A stretch of DNA of 64,000 bases from Bacteroidales bacterium (GCA_015061035.1 SUXK01000003.1:92700-156699), one strand, 5' to 3'. Positions 47,103-57,556 are shown, numbered from the stretch's first letter. Notes: a model not told the origin generated them from the sequence alone. A program made the numbers and translations.

Positions 47103-48401
47103 ATGAACTTTAACTTTGTAGAAGAACTTCGCTGGAGAGGCATGATACACGATATGATGCCCGGAACTGAAGAGCAATTGCAAAAAGAGATGACTGTTGC
47201 ATACGTAGGAATTGACCCAACAGCCGACTCATTACATATAGGACACCTTGTAGGAGTAATGATGCTTCGTCACTTTCAAAGAGCAGGACACAAACCCCTT
47301 GCTTTAATTGGAGGAGCAACAGGAATGATAGGCGACCCCTCAATGAAGTCGCAGGAGCGCAACCTGTTAGATGAAGCAACACTACGCCACAACCAAGAAG
47401 CAATAAAAAAACAGTTATCAAAATTCTTGGATTTTGACTCAGACGCACCAAACAGCGCCGAGTTGGTAAACAACTACGACTGGATGAAAGAGTTCTCATT
47501 CCTTGACTTCATTCGTGAGGTAGGAAAACACATAACAGTAAACTATATGATGGCAAAAGACTCCGTTAAACGCCGTTTAGCAGGAGAAGGCACATCAGGA
47601 CTATCGTTTACCGAGTTCTCATACCAATTGGTACAAGGATATGACTTTACCTTCCTAAACAAAACCAAAGGATGCAAACTACAAATGGGAGGCTCTGACC
47701 AATGGGGAAACATCACCACAGGAACAGAGTTGATACGCCGTATGAATGGCGATGAAGCATTTGCCTTAACATGCCCTCTGATAACAAAAGCAGACGGAGG
47801 TAAATTCGGAAAAACCGAATCAGGTAACGTATGGTTAGACCCACGTTACACATCACCCTACAAATTCTACCAATTCTGGTTAAACGTAGGCGATGCTGAT
47901 GCCGAGAAATATATAAAGATATTCACTTCGCTAACAAAAGAGGAGATTGAAAAATTGGTTGAGGAGCAAAATGCAGCACCACACCTACGCCCCCTACAAA
48001 AGAAATTAGCCGAAGAGGTAACCGTAATGGTACACTCTCGCGAGGCATACGAAGCAGCCGTAGAGGCATCACAAATACTCTTTGGAGGAGCAACATCAGA
48101 GACACTACGCAAAATTGATGAAGAAACACTACTAAGCGTATTTGAAGGAGTACCTCAATTTGAGATAAGCAAAGAGGAATTAAAAGAGGGAATAAAAGCA
48201 GTTGACCTATTAGCCGAGAAAACAAGCATATTCCCATCAAAAGGAGAGATGCGAAAAACTGTACAAGGCGGAGGAGTAATGATAAACAAAGAGAAACTAA
48301 CCGCATTTGATGCAGTAATAGGCGAAGAGTCGCTATTAAATGACAAATATATATTAGCACAAAGAGGTAAAAAGAACTACTTTTTAATAATCGCAAAATA
48401 A
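47103..48401 (+). CDS. tyrS: Tyrosine--tRNA ligase
   Basis: 432-aa ORF with a HIGH motif (SLHIGHLV), a KMSKS-equivalent KFGKT and a C-terminal S4-like domain. Confidence 0.95.
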   Translation: MNFNFVEELRWRGMIHDMMPGTEEQLQKEMTVAYVGIDPTADSLHIGHLVGVMMLRHFQRAGHKPLALIGGATGMIGDPSMKSQERNLLDEATLRHNQEAIKKQLSKFLDFDSDAPNSAELVNNYDWMKEFSFLDFIREVGKHITVNYMMAKDSVKRRLAGEGTSGLSFTEFSYQLVQGYDFTFLNKTKGCKLQMGGSDQWGNITTGTELIRRMNGDEAFALTCPLITKADGGKFGKTESGNVWLDPRYTSPYKFYQFWLNVGDADAEKYIKIFTSLTKEEIEKLVEEQNAAPHLRPLQKKLAEEVTVMVHSREAYEAAVEASQILFGGATSETLRKIDEETLLSVFEGVPQFEISKEELKEGIKAVDLLAEKTSIFPSKGEMRKTVQGGGVMINKEKLTAFDAVIGEESLLNDKYILAQRGKKNYFLIIAK

Positions 48402-48440
48402 TTTTTTTGAAAAAACATTTGCACTATTAAAAAAAAGTAG

Positions 48441-48448
48441 TATCTTTG
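48441..48448 (+). promoter_or_regulatory. -7 promoter box TATCTTTG(CA) for tRNA-Gln, with a TTTG at 48418-48421 as a candidate -33 element
   Basis: Exact TAnnTTTG match; 19 nt separate the upstream TTTG from the box. Confidence 0.6.
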
Positions 48449-48490
48449 CAGCCGTTACGCAAGGTTAAAGTCCTGCGAACAAATAAGGAT

Positions 48491-48561
48491 TGTCTTATGG
48501 TGTAATGGTAGCACTGCAGTTTTTGGTTCTGCCTGTCTAGGTTCGAATCCTGGTAAGACAA
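48491..48561 (+). tRNA. tRNA-Gln (anticodon UUG)
   Basis: Hand-folded cloverleaf. Acceptor TGTCTTA/TAAGACA (U1-A72), D-stem GTGT/GCAC, anticodon stem GCAG(T)/(T)CTGC with loop TTTTGGT (TTG at 34-36), T-arm CTAGG-TTCGAAT-CCTGG. CCA is not encoded. Confidence 0.85.
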
Positions 48562-48565
48562 CAAA

Positions 48566-48593
48566 GGGATGCAAAAAGCATCCCTTTTTTTTT
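48566..48593 (+). terminator. Intrinsic terminator after tRNA-Gln
   Basis: GGGATGC aaaaa GCATCCC followed by a run of nine T. Confidence 0.85.
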
Positions 48594-48657
48594 GTTAAAT
48601 TATCTCATATAATAATCACTATCTATCTTCCCTATTTGAAAATAATCATAAAAATAA

Positions 48658-48665
48658 TATCTTTG
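48658..48665 (+). promoter_or_regulatory. -7 promoter box TATCTTTG for the CNNM/CorC gene
   Basis: Exact TAnnTTTG match, 24 nt upstream of the TTG start at 48689. Confidence 0.5.
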
Positions 48666-48688
48666 TAAAAACCTTAAATACCAATATT

Positions 48689-49966
48689 TTGACAGAGATA
48701 CTCATCATCATTATGCTAATACTTCTGAATGGAGTATTATCAATGTCGGAGATAGCAATAATATCTTCGCGACGCACCTTTCTTCAAAAAGAAGCAGATA
48801 AAGGAAACGGTAAAGCAAAAACAGCACTAAAACTATTTGATGACCCTGATAGATTTCTATCAACCATACAGATAGGGATAACAGCCATAAGCATACTAAC
48901 AGGTATATTCTCAGGAGCCACACTATCTGACGATCTTGCTCTATTGCTATCAAAAGTAGGACTACCATTACAATATTCTCTACCCATATCTCAAACTCTT
49001 ATAGTAATAATAGTAACATACTTTACCCTTATATTAGGCGAGTTAGTACCCAAAAGGATAGGAATGAATGAACCAGAGAAAGTGGCAACAGCAATAGCAA
49101 AACCCATGAATATAATCTCAAGGATGGCTTCTCCATTTGTAAAACTACTATCTAAAAGTACAACACTTATAGTATCCATGATTGGAATAAAAGAGAACAA
49201 TAGTAAAGTTACAGAAGAGGAGATAATGTCTATGGTGAAAGAGGGACGACTTGACGGAGAGGTACAAGAGGTAGAAGAGGATATAATGGAGCGAGTATTT
49301 ATGTTGGGCGACCTTAAAGTGGAATCAATAATGACTCACCGAAGCGAGATAGTTTCTATAAGTAACACTTTGAGCCACGATGAGATAATAGCACTTATAA
49401 AAGAGAACGATTTTGACACATACCCCATATACTCCGAAGAGGAAGACTCAATAATAGGAGTAGTAACATTCAAGGAGTTAGCACTTGAATTAATACAAAA
49501 AGATTTTAAGTTGGAGAATATAATATCAAAGCCAATATATATTCCTGAGAATTTAAGTGTTTACAAAGCACTTGAAACAATGAAAGAGAAGTGCGTAACA
49601 GAACTTATGGTATGCGATGAATTTGGAGCATTGGCAGGAGTTATAACACTGAGAGACATAATGAAGGGATTAGTTGGAAATATAGATGAAGATCCCAACG
49701 AACAATCAATAGTAAAACGCTCTGAGAAAGAAGAGTGGTTAATTGACGGACAGATACCATTCTACGACTTTCTATCACACTTTGAAAAAGAGGAACTATA
49801 TGATGAAGCCCCATACAACACCCTTGCAGGACTGATACTCAATAAACTTGAGCATATACCCACAGCAGGAGAGAAACTCGAATGGAATATTTTTAAACTC
49901 GAAATAGTTGATATGGACGGAGCAAGAATAGACAAAGTTTCTGTATCACTATTACCAGAAATATAA
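48689..49966 (+). CDS. Hemolysin-family CNNM/CorC protein (DUF21 TM domain + CBS pair + CorC_HlyC)
   Basis: 425-aa ORF. The N-terminal DUF21-type membrane domain carries SEIAIISSRR, followed by a CBS pair and a C-terminal transporter-associated domain. The start is TTG at 48689 or ATG at 48713. Confidence 0.85.
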   Translation: MTEILIIIMLILLNGVLSMSEIAIISSRRTFLQKEADKGNGKAKTALKLFDDPDRFLSTIQIGITAISILTGIFSGATLSDDLALLLSKVGLPLQYSLPISQTLIVIIVTYFTLILGELVPKRIGMNEPEKVATAIAKPMNIISRMASPFVKLLSKSTTLIVSMIGIKENNSKVTEEEIMSMVKEGRLDGEVQEVEEDIMERVFMLGDLKVESIMTHRSEIVSISNTLSHDEIIALIKENDFDTYPIYSEEEDSIIGVVTFKELALELIQKDFKLENIISKPIYIPENLSVYKALETMKEKCVTELMVCDEFGALAGVITLRDIMKGLVGNIDEDPNEQSIVKRSEKEEWLIDGQIPFYDFLSHFEKEELYDEAPYNTLAGLILNKLEHIPTAGEKLEWNIFKLEIVDMDGARIDKVSVSLLPEI

Positions 49967-50060
49967 GTATATATAAAACTAATCTCAAGTTAAGCATTAC
50001 AAAAACTCTATGATATAAAAAGAATAAACATATAACAAAACTTACCCGCATAAAAACAAA

Positions 50061-50091
50061 AAAGAGGCACTTTCACAAGTGTCTCTTTTTT
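50061..50091. terminator. Hairpin flanked by an A-run and a T-run (bidirectional terminator candidate)
   Basis: AGAGGCAC tttcacaa GTGTCTCT. There is one G.U pair when read on the plus strand and one A.C mismatch on the minus strand. It lies between the CNNM gene and the tRNA-Asn pair. Confidence 0.55.
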
Positions 50092-50092
50092 G

Positions 50093-50166
50093 CTCTTCAG
50101 GTTGGACTTGAACCAACGACCCTCTGATTAACAGTCAGATGCTCTAACCGACTGAGCTACTGAAGA
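50093..50166 (-). tRNA. tRNA-Asn (anticodon GUU), copy 1
   Basis: Reverse complement: TCTTCAG TA GCTC AGTCGGTTA GAGC A TCTGA CTGTTAA TCAGA GGGTC GTTGG TTCAAGT CCAAC CTGAAGA G. Confidence 0.93.
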
Positions 50167-50194
50167 ATAAATATATTAGGTAGTTATGAAAACG

Positions 50195-50268
50195 CTCTTC
50201 AGGTTGGACTTGAACCAACGACCCTCTGATTAACAGTCAGATGCTCTAACCGACTGAGCTACTGAAGA
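50195..50268 (-). tRNA. tRNA-Asn (anticodon GUU), copy 2, identical to copy 1
   Basis: Same 74-nt sequence as 50093-50166, separated from it by a 28-nt spacer. Confidence 0.93.
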
Positions 50269-50302
50269 AGACTTTATGCACTCCTCACTTGGAAATGCGG
50301 TG

Positions 50303-50310
50303 CAAAAGTA
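50303..50310 (-). promoter_or_regulatory. -7 promoter box (TACTTTTG on the minus strand) for the tRNA-Asn pair
   Basis: Plus-strand caaaagta, about 35 nt upstream of the 5' end of tRNA copy 2. Confidence 0.55.
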
Positions 50311-50438
50311 AGTCCATTTTTTGGATTATGCAACAAATAAGGCATTTTTTTTAATATTGAGTGGCAAAAAAAGATAAAATAGAAGATATTTGTAACATTC
50401 TTAATTGTTTTTAAGTTGCAGATACCATAAAAGATAAT

Positions 50439-50446
50439 TAACTTCG
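50439..50446 (+). promoter_or_regulatory. -7 promoter box TAACTTCG(CA) for the S41 peptidase gene
   Basis: Matches TAnnTT(T/C)G, 22 nt upstream of the ATG at 50468. Confidence 0.55.
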
Positions 50447-50467
50447 CATCTATAAACATCATATATT

Positions 50468-52123
50468 ATGAAACAGATATTTAAACACCTAACCATAATT
50501 GCAATAATACTAATATTCTCATGTAGTGCATACTCTCAAAAGCAAAATTTTGAGTTAATAAAAAACACAAACATCTTTAACTCAATATTAAAGGAGTTAT
50601 CACTATTTTATGTTGATACTATTGATGCCGAGAAGATAATAACAAACGGAATAAACAGTATGCTCTATTCACTCGACCCATATACAACATATATCCCAAA
50701 GAAGGAGGAAGACGATCTTAAATTTATGACTACGGGCGAATATGCAGGAGTTGGTGCATTAATATCAAAACGCGACTCTCTAATACAGATAACAAGCATA
50801 TACGAAGGCAACCCTGCACATAAAGACGGCATGAAAGTTGGCGACCGTATTCTCGAAATCAACGGAGAGTCAATGGTTGGAAAAAGCAACGACTTTGTTA
50901 GCGACCACCTGCGAGGTAAAGCAAATTCACTTGCAATAATAAAGGTAAAACGCCCAACAGTAGATAGTGTTGTAACCCTAAACGTAACCCGTAAGAAGAT
51001 ATATATCCCGGCAGTATCATACTACGGAGTAACCCAAAACGATATAGGCTACATCTACATATCATCGTTTAACACAAACACCGCATCAGAGGTTAAAGAC
51101 GCACTACTTGATTTAAAGAAAAATCATAATATAACATCACTCGTATTAGACTTGCGAGGCAATCCTGGAGGACTTCTCAACGAGGCAATAGGAGTGATAA
51201 ATCTTTTTGTTCCAAAAGGGAAAACCATATTAGAAACTCGCGGAAGGCTTAAAGAACTTGAGAACACATACAAAACATCACAAAAGCCAATAGACACCGA
51301 AATACCCATTGCAGTATTAATTAACGAAGAGAGTGCATCGGCCTCGGAAATTGTGGCAGGGGCAATGCAAGACCTCGATAGAGCAGTTATTGTAGGTAAT
51401 CGTTCATATGGTAAAGGATTGGTGCAAAGCACACGTTCACTCCCTTATGAAGGAACATTAAAGATAACCACTGCAAAATACTACATACCAAGTGGCAGAT
51501 TAATACAGGCAATAGACTACTCAAACAGAAATGAAGATGGTACAACAACACGTATCCCCGATTCGCTTACAACCGAGTTTAAAACCGCAGCAGGACGTAT
51601 TGTTCGCGATGGAGGAGGAATAACTCCCGATGTTACATACGAATATCCCAAACAGAGCAATATCCTGTATTATCTCTCAATAGATTACCATATATTCGAT
51701 TTTGCTACTCGCTATGTTGCTGAACATCCAACAATTGCATCAGCAACAGAGTTTAAATTAACAGATGATGAGTATAATCAATTTAAAGAGGAGTTAAAAT
51801 CCAAAAACTTCACTTACGACCGAGAGAGCCTAAAACTATTGAACAAACTAAAAGAGTTGGCAAAATTTGAGGGATACCTTGATGATGCCGAAGAGACAAT
51901 CAATACCCTTGAAAAACTCCTTGAGCATAATATCGACAAAGATTTAGAGAACTTCAAAGAGGAGATCAAATCGGAATTGGAGATGGAGATAATAGAGCGA
52001 TATTACTACAAAAAGGGATTAATGAGTAGAGGAGTAGAGGAGGATAAATGTATAGGCAAAGCAATTGAAATTCTTAAAAATCCAACCCAATACAAACAAA
52101 TTCTGTCACCCAAAGAGAGATAG
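50468..52123 (+). CDS. S41 family C-terminal processing peptidase (tail-specific protease) with a PDZ domain
   Basis: 551-aa ORF with a signal peptide, a PDZ region (GDRILEINGES), and the RGNPGG and SASASEI...GKG catalytic regions. Confidence 0.88.
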   Translation: MKQIFKHLTIIAIILIFSCSAYSQKQNFELIKNTNIFNSILKELSLFYVDTIDAEKIITNGINSMLYSLDPYTTYIPKKEEDDLKFMTTGEYAGVGALISKRDSLIQITSIYEGNPAHKDGMKVGDRILEINGESMVGKSNDFVSDHLRGKANSLAIIKVKRPTVDSVVTLNVTRKKIYIPAVSYYGVTQNDIGYIYISSFNTNTASEVKDALLDLKKNHNITSLVLDLRGNPGGLLNEAIGVINLFVPKGKTILETRGRLKELENTYKTSQKPIDTEIPIAVLINEESASASEIVAGAMQDLDRAVIVGNRSYGKGLVQSTRSLPYEGTLKITTAKYYIPSGRLIQAIDYSNRNEDGTTTRIPDSLTTEFKTAAGRIVRDGGGITPDVTYEYPKQSNILYYLSIDYHIFDFATRYVAEHPTIASATEFKLTDDEYNQFKEELKSKNFTYDRESLKLLNKLKELAKFEGYLDDAEETINTLEKLLEHNIDKDLENFKEEIKSELEMEIIERYYYKKGLMSRGVEEDKCIGKAIEILKNPTQYKQILSPKER

Positions 52124-52125
52124 AT

Positions 52126-52653
52126 ATGGCACACCCATTAGAGAAATTTCAATACTGTCCAGCATGTGGCTCAAACCACTTTGCCGAAAACGGAGCGTAC
52201 TCAAAAAAATGTGAAGATTGCGGATTTACCTATTACGACAACCCCAAGGCGGCAACAGTTGCAATAATAGTAAACAGCAATAATGAGATATTGGTATGTC
52301 GCAGAGCCAAAGATCCAGCAAAGGGAACACTCGACCTGCCAGGAGGATTTACCGATATTGGTGAGAGTGCCGAAGAGGGAGTAATTCGAGAAGTAAAAGA
52401 GGAGACAGGATTAGATGTTTGCGAAGTTAAATTTCTCTTTTCCAAACCAAATATATACCCATTCTCGGGGATGATAGTAAACACAATGGATCTCTTCTTC
52501 CTCTGCAAGGTTGAGACAACAGAGGGATTAATAGCCAATGACGATGTAGCAGAGACACGTTTCGTCCCAATCAAAGACCTTTCGCCCGAAGATTTTGGAC
52601 TACGTTCAATAAGAGAAGCAATAACAGATATTAAGTTGTTAGTTGTCGGCTAA
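52126..52653 (+). CDS. NUDIX hydrolase with an N-terminal C4 zinc ribbon
   Basis: 175-aa ORF with CPACGS...CEDCG and the Nudix box GGFTDIGESAEEGVIREVKEETGL. The last five codons and the stop lie inside repeat copy C. Confidence 0.85.
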   Translation: MAHPLEKFQYCPACGSNHFAENGAYSKKCEDCGFTYYDNPKAATVAIIVNSNNEILVCRRAKDPAKGTLDLPGGFTDIGESAEEGVIREVKEETGLDVCEVKFLFSKPNIYPFSGMIVNTMDLFFLCKVETTEGLIANDDVAETRFVPIKDLSPEDFGLRSIREAITDIKLLVVG

Positions 52654-52689
52654 CACTGCCCCTGCGGAGTGAGGACTAACTATTAACTA
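52633..52689. repeat. Copy C of the dispersed AGTTGTTAGT / TTGTCGGCTAAC / GGAGTGAG element
   Basis: AAGTTGTTAGTTGTCGGCTAAC...CCCCTGCGGAGTGAGGACTAACTATTAACTA. The arms AGTTGTTAGT and ACTAAC(tatt)AACT are complementary. The element spans the whole convergent spacer and both stop codons. Confidence 0.65.
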
Positions 52690-53526
52690 ATCTTTTAGTT
52701 GTAAAATAAACAAAGGAATATTACCAAGTTGCGATGCCACTTTGGAGTATGAACTATAAAAACTACCATATATTTTTGTAGTGCGAGATAAAATCCACAT
52801 CTCTCTGACAGCATCCTTCATTCCCTGCAAACTATTACGATTACAATCAGTATCAATAGATAAAATTCTATCTCCAAAAATCTGCTTCAACTCACTCTTT
52901 GTTGCCGCATCATCAGTAGCAACATAAAATTTTGTATCGCTACACTCATCAATCTCTTTACGCATAGCATCACAAAATAGAGATAGAGGAGAGTTCTTTA
53001 TCGACAACACATTATCTGTTCTGCGAATATGAACACCAATAGTATTCTCAGTAAAATTCCTCTCTACAAAATCATCCACCAAAGAAAGAATATCACATTT
53101 GGGTATAAAATTCTTGCTCATAGCGTTTGAATAATTGCCAAATTCATCGCAACTCTCAATCAATACCCTGCCACCATCTAAGATACTATCTTCAATAGAA
53201 CCTTTACAACGTTGTGCAAGAAAATCGGAATAATAGATTGTAGTATCAAACATAAGTGGAGCAGTTATGTAAGGCAACCAAAGAGTATGACGGCGAGGAG
53301 AACGATAAAGAAACCTATCAATAAAACCAGCCTCCTTAACAGAAATCATATCATAACATGGTGTTTCAAACAACTCTGAAAAGGGAGCATTAAGTTCAAA
53401 ATTGCTAAACCACACACTTTTCACAGGTATAGCATATGGACGAGCAAACTCAATTACAGCATTTAATGCCCTCATTCGGTTTGCCAGTCCTCCGTACGGA
53501 GTAATAGTAATTTCTCTCCTTTTCAC
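52687..53526 (-). CDS. Putative glycosyltransferase of the fucosyltransferase superfamily (GT11-like HxRRxD motif)
   Basis: 279-aa ORF with an N-terminal ITPYGGLANRM (compare GGLGNQM), GVHIRRTDN (HxRRxD), ATDD, and a C-terminal GSFYSSYS (compare GSxSTFS). Confidence 0.5.
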   Translation of the reverse strand: MKRREITITPYGGLANRMRALNAVIEFARPYAIPVKSVWFSNFELNAPFSELFETPCYDMISVKEAGFIDRFLYRSPRRHTLWLPYITAPLMFDTTIYYSDFLAQRCKGSIEDSILDGGRVLIESCDEFGNYSNAMSKNFIPKCDILSLVDDFVERNFTENTIGVHIRRTDNVLSIKNSPLSLFCDAMRKEIDECSDTKFYVATDDAATKSELKQIFGDRILSIDTDCNRNSLQGMKDAVREMWILSRTTKIYGSFYSSYSKVASQLGNIPLFILQLKD

Positions 53527-53597
53527 TTTTTATAAGTATTAAATTTCACCACAAAAGTATATCAAAAAATCTGTTTGTAAAAGAGGCATATTTTTAT

Positions 53598-53605
53598 TAA
53601 TTTCG
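53598..53605 (+). promoter_or_regulatory. -7 promoter box TAATTTCG(CA) for mutS
   Basis: Matches TAnnTT(T/C)G, 23 nt upstream of the ATG at 53628. Confidence 0.55.
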
Positions 53606-53627
53606 CAACAAGCAAACAAGAGATATA

Positions 53628-56237
53628 ATGGCAGGAAAAATAGCAGAAACACCACTAATGAAACAGTATATTGAGATGAAGGGCAAACACCCCGATGCTA
53701 TACTGCTTTTTAGAGTGGGCGACTTTTATGAAACATTCTCAAACGATGCAATAGAGGCATCCGAGATATTAGGAATAACACTAACCCGACGAGCAAACGG
53801 AGCAGCACAATTTGTTGAGTTAGCAGGATTTCCACACCACGCATTAGACGTATATCTGCCAAAACTTGTAAGAGCAGGAAAACGAGTTGCCATCTGCGAA
53901 CAACTCGAAGATCCCAAACTAACAAAAAAATTGGTAAAACGAGGTATTACCGAGTTAGTAACACCAGGAGTATCAATTAACGACAATGTACTAAACCACA
54001 AAGAGAACAACTTTGTGGCAGCACTATATTTTGAACGTCACTCATGCGGAGTATCACTACTCGACATATCAACAGGAGAGTTTCTTACGGCAGAGGGAAG
54101 TTTTGACCATATAGACAAACTTCTAAACAGTTTTGCACCAAAAGAGATATTAATTGAACGAGGCAAACGCGATATGTTCACATCAAAATTCGGATATAAA
54201 TTTTTAATCTTTGAATTAGATGACTGGATATTTACAACCGATGCCGCAAGAGAACGACTACTAAAACATTTTGAAACAAAGAATCTAAAAGGATTTGGAG
54301 TTGAGCATCTAAAATTAGGAGTAATATCCGCTGGAGCAATTCTTCACTATTTAGATATAACACAACACACACAAATATCGCATATAACCACCATCTCAAG
54401 AGTTGAAGAAGAACGCTACGTAAGACTTGATAAGTTTACACTTCGTAGTCTTGAACTTCTCTCACCAATGAACGAAGGAGGTAAATCGTTGTTAGATATA
54501 ATAGACAAGACGCTAACCCCAATGGGCAGTCGCATGATGCGCCGTTGGGTAACATTTCCATTGAAGGATATAAATGCAATCAATCAACGATTAGATGTAG
54601 TAGATCATCTTTTCCGTTCACCAGAGGACAAAGAGGCACTTGAAGAGAAGATGTCGCTAATAGGTGATATGGAACGCCTAACCTCAAAAGTAGCAGTAGG
54701 AAGAGTAACCCCAAGAGAGATGATACAATTGCGAGTTGCACTTGCAGCAATAGAGCCAATAAAGGCAATATGTTCAAACAGCCAGAACCCAGTATTGGCA
54801 CACTTTGCAAAAGAGTTGGAACTATGCGAAGAGATACGCAACCGCATTGAAAGAGAGATAATGCAGGATGCCCCATCGTTAATAAACAAAGGCGGCATCA
54901 TACGCGAAGGAGTAAATCAAGAGTTGGATGACCTCCGCAAGATGTCAAGCTCAGGCAAAGAGTATCTTCTACACATACAACAACGCGAAAGCGAAGCAAC
55001 GGGTATTCCATCACTAAAAATCAGTTATAACAACGTATTCGGATACTACATAGAGGTACGTAACACCCATAAAGATAAAGTACCCGAAGGGTGGATACGC
55101 AAACAAACATTAACAAATGCCGAGCGTTACATAACCCAAGAGTTAAAAGAGTACGAAGAGAAGATATTGGGAGCAGAGGAGAAGATATTAGCAATAGAGA
55201 GCCAACTATTCAATGAGTTGGTACAAGCAACCACGCTACACATAAGTGCCATGCAACGCAACGCCACAATGTTAGCACAATTAGACTGCCTAATATCATT
55301 TGCCACAACAGCAAAAGAGAACAAATATATACGACCAGTTCTTGATGACTCACTAACACTATACATTGAAGAGGGACGCCACCCGGTAATAGAGAAACAA
55401 CTACCACCGGGAGAAGAGTATATAACAAACACTCTTAAACTCGACAATGAGAATGAGCAAATAATGATAATTACTGGTCCCAATATGGCAGGAAAATCGG
55501 CACTTCTCCGCCAAACAGCCCTAATAACCATAATGGCACAGATAGGATGCTTTGTTCCTGCACAATCGGCTCGTATTGGAATAGTAGATAAAGTGTTTAC
55601 CAGAGTTGGAGCATCAGATAATATCTCACTTGGAGAATCAACCTTTATGGTTGAGATGAACGAAGCAGCATATATCCTTAACAATATCTCCGAAAGAAGT
55701 CTTGTACTATTTGATGAGTTAGGAAGAGGAACAAGCACCTACGATGGAATATCAATAGCATGGGCAATAGTTGAACATATACACGAAAACGAAAAGGCAA
55801 AAGCAAAAACCCTCTTTGCAACACACTACCACGAGTTAAACGAAATGGAGAAGGAGTTTTCTCGAATAGTCAATTACAATGTATCGGTAAAAGAGGTTGA
55901 CAACAAAGTGGTGTTCCTTCGCAAACTGTTACGCGGCGGAAGCGAACACAGTTTTGGTATTCACGTTGCAAAGATGGCAGGAATGCCACGCAATATAGTT
56001 GGTCGCGCCGATGAGATATTAAAAGAGTTAGAGAAGGGTAGCGAGAACAGAAACATAACAAAACCCATACCTGCGGCGGCAAAAGCAGGAGGAATGCAAC
56101 TATCGCTATACCAATTAGACGACCCAGTACTATCAGATATACGCAAAGAGATACTGGGATTAGATATTAATAATCTTACACCCGTTGAGGCACTCAACAA
56201 ACTAAATGATATAAAAAAAATACTATTAGGACGATAA
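53628..56237 (+). CDS. mutS: DNA mismatch repair protein MutS
   Basis: 869-aa ORF with an N-terminal mismatch-binding domain (FRVGDFYE), Walker A GPNMAGKS and [12 protein letters not shown]. Confidence 0.97.
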   Translation: MAGKIAETPLMKQYIEMKGKHPDAILLFRVGDFYETFSNDAIEASEILGITLTRRANGAAQFVELAGFPHHALDVYLPKLVRAGKRVAICEQLEDPKLTKKLVKRGITELVTPGVSINDNVLNHKENNFVAALYFERHSCGVSLLDISTGEFLTAEGSFDHIDKLLNSFAPKEILIERGKRDMFTSKFGYKFLIFELDDWIFTTDAARERLLKHFETKNLKGFGVEHLKLGVISAGAILHYLDITQHTQISHITTISRVEEERYVRLDKFTLRSLELLSPMNEGGKSLLDIIDKTLTPMGSRMMRRWVTFPLKDINAINQRLDVVDHLFRSPEDKEALEEKMSLIGDMERLTSKVAVGRVTPREMIQLRVALAAIEPIKAICSNSQNPVLAHFAKELELCEEIRNRIEREIMQDAPSLINKGGIIREGVNQELDDLRKMSSSGKEYLLHIQQRESEATGIPSLKISYNNVFGYYIEVRNTHKDKVPEGWIRKQTLTNAERYITQELKEYEEKILGAEEKILAIESQLFNELVQATTLHISAMQRNATMLAQLDCLISFATTAKENKYIRPVLDDSLTLYIEEGRHPVIEKQLPPGEEYITNTLKLDNENEQIMIITGPNMAGKSALLRQTALITIMAQIGCFVPAQSARIGIVDKVFTRVGASDNISLGESTFMVEMNEAAYILNNISERSLVLFDELGRGTSTYDGISIAWAIVEHIHENEKAKAKTLFATHYHELNEMEKEFSRIVNYNVSVKEVDNKVVFLRKLLRGGSEHSFGIHVAKMAGMPRNIVGRADEILKELEKGSENRNITKPIPAAAKAGGMQLSLYQLDDPVLSDIRKEILGLDINNLTPVEALNKLNDIKKILLGR

Positions 56238-56241
56238 TACA

Positions 56242-57492
56242 ATGTTACAACGCAAAGATTTTGAAATAATGGCTCCCGTAGGCTCATACGAGTCGCTAAC
56301 AGCAGCAATACAAGGAGGAGCAGATTCAGTCTATTTTGGAGTAGAGGGATTGAACATGCGCTCACGTTCATCAAACAACTTCACCCTTGATGACCTACGC
56401 AACATAGCAGAAATATGCAACCAAAACGGAATAAAAACTTACCTAACCGTAAACACCGTAATATACGATGGAGACCTTGAGTTGATGCGAAAAATCATTG
56501 ACACAGTAAAAGAGTCAGGAGTAAGTGCAATAATAGCCTCAGACGTAGCTGCAATGAGTTATGCCAACTCAATAGGCGTAGAGGTGCACCTATCAACACA
56601 ACTCAACATATCAAATGCTGAGGCACTAAAATTCTATGCCCAATTTGCCGATGTAGTGGTATTGGCTCGAGAGTTAAACCTCGACCAAGTATCGGGAATC
56701 TACCGCAGAATACAAGATGAGAACATAGTTGGACCCAAAGGAGAGCAGGTACGAATAGAGATGTTTGCACACGGAGCCCTATGTATGGCAGTATCAGGCA
56801 AATGCTACTTAAGTCTGCACGAAATGAATCACTCGGCAAACAGAGGCTCATGCCTACAAATATGTCGCCGTGGTTACACTGTAAAAGACAAAGAGAGCAA
56901 CATTGAATTGGATATAGAAAATCAATATATAATGTCGCCCAAAGACCTTAAAACAATCCACTTCATGAACAAAATGATTGATTCTGGAGTAAGAGTATTT
57001 AAAATTGAGGGACGTGCCAGAAGTGCCGAATATGTGCGTACAGTTGTAGAGTGCTATCGCGAAGCAGTTGAGAGTTACATTGACGGAACATTCAGCGAAG
57101 AGAAGATTGCAGGTTGGGACTCCCGTTTAGCAACCGTATTCAACAGAGGATTCTGGAACGGATACTACCTTGGACAACGCTTAGGCGAGTGGTCATCAAG
57201 TTACGGAAGCGAAGCAACCGAGCGAAAAGAGTATATAGGAAAAGGAACAAAATACTTCTCAAATATAGGAGTAGCCGAGTTCTTAATGGAGAGTGGCGAA
57301 ATTAACGAAGGAGACAAACTATTGATAACAGGTCCCACAACAGGAGCCATAACAATAGAGGCAAAAGATATGCGAGTAAACTTTAAACCTGCCACAAAAA
57401 TTGTAAAAGGCGACCTCTTCTCAATAGCAGTAGACACTAAAATACGCCCATCAGACAAACTATTTAAGATAGTACAAGTAGATAAGAAGTAG
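56242..57492 (+). CDS. U32 family protein (YegQ/TrhP-like, formerly 'collagenase-type peptidase')
   Basis: 416-aa ORF with the U32 signature EMFAHGALCMAVSGKCYLS and a C-terminal U32_C-like beta domain. It starts 4 nt after the mutS stop. Confidence 0.85.
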   Translation: MLQRKDFEIMAPVGSYESLTAAIQGGADSVYFGVEGLNMRSRSSNNFTLDDLRNIAEICNQNGIKTYLTVNTVIYDGDLELMRKIIDTVKESGVSAIIASDVAAMSYANSIGVEVHLSTQLNISNAEALKFYAQFADVVVLARELNLDQVSGIYRRIQDENIVGPKGEQVRIEMFAHGALCMAVSGKCYLSLHEMNHSANRGSCLQICRRGYTVKDKESNIELDIENQYIMSPKDLKTIHFMNKMIDSGVRVFKIEGRARSAEYVRTVVECYREAVESYIDGTFSEEKIAGWDSRLATVFNRGFWNGYYLGQRLGEWSSSYGSEATERKEYIGKGTKYFSNIGVAEFLMESGEINEGDKLLITGPTTGAITIEAKDMRVNFKPATKIVKGDLFSIAVDTKIRPSDKLFKIVQVDKK

Positions 57493-57516
57493 GTATTAAA
57501 CTTCAAATAAAAATTA

Positions 57517-57556
57517 AAAGGCTACCCAACAATAATAGTTGCGATAGCCTTTTTTT
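57517..57556 (+). terminator. Terminator hairpin between the convergent U32 and TonB-dependent receptor genes
   Basis: AAAAGGCTA...TAGCCTTTTTTT with inner CAAC/GTTG pairing. Confidence 0.65.

Noticed and set aside
50274-50462. 62-aa minus-strand ORF upstream of the tRNA-Asn pair.
   Set aside because: It covers the intergenic region that holds the tRNA promoter box and the S41 peptidase promoter box. The sequence is AT-rich and non-conserved-looking.
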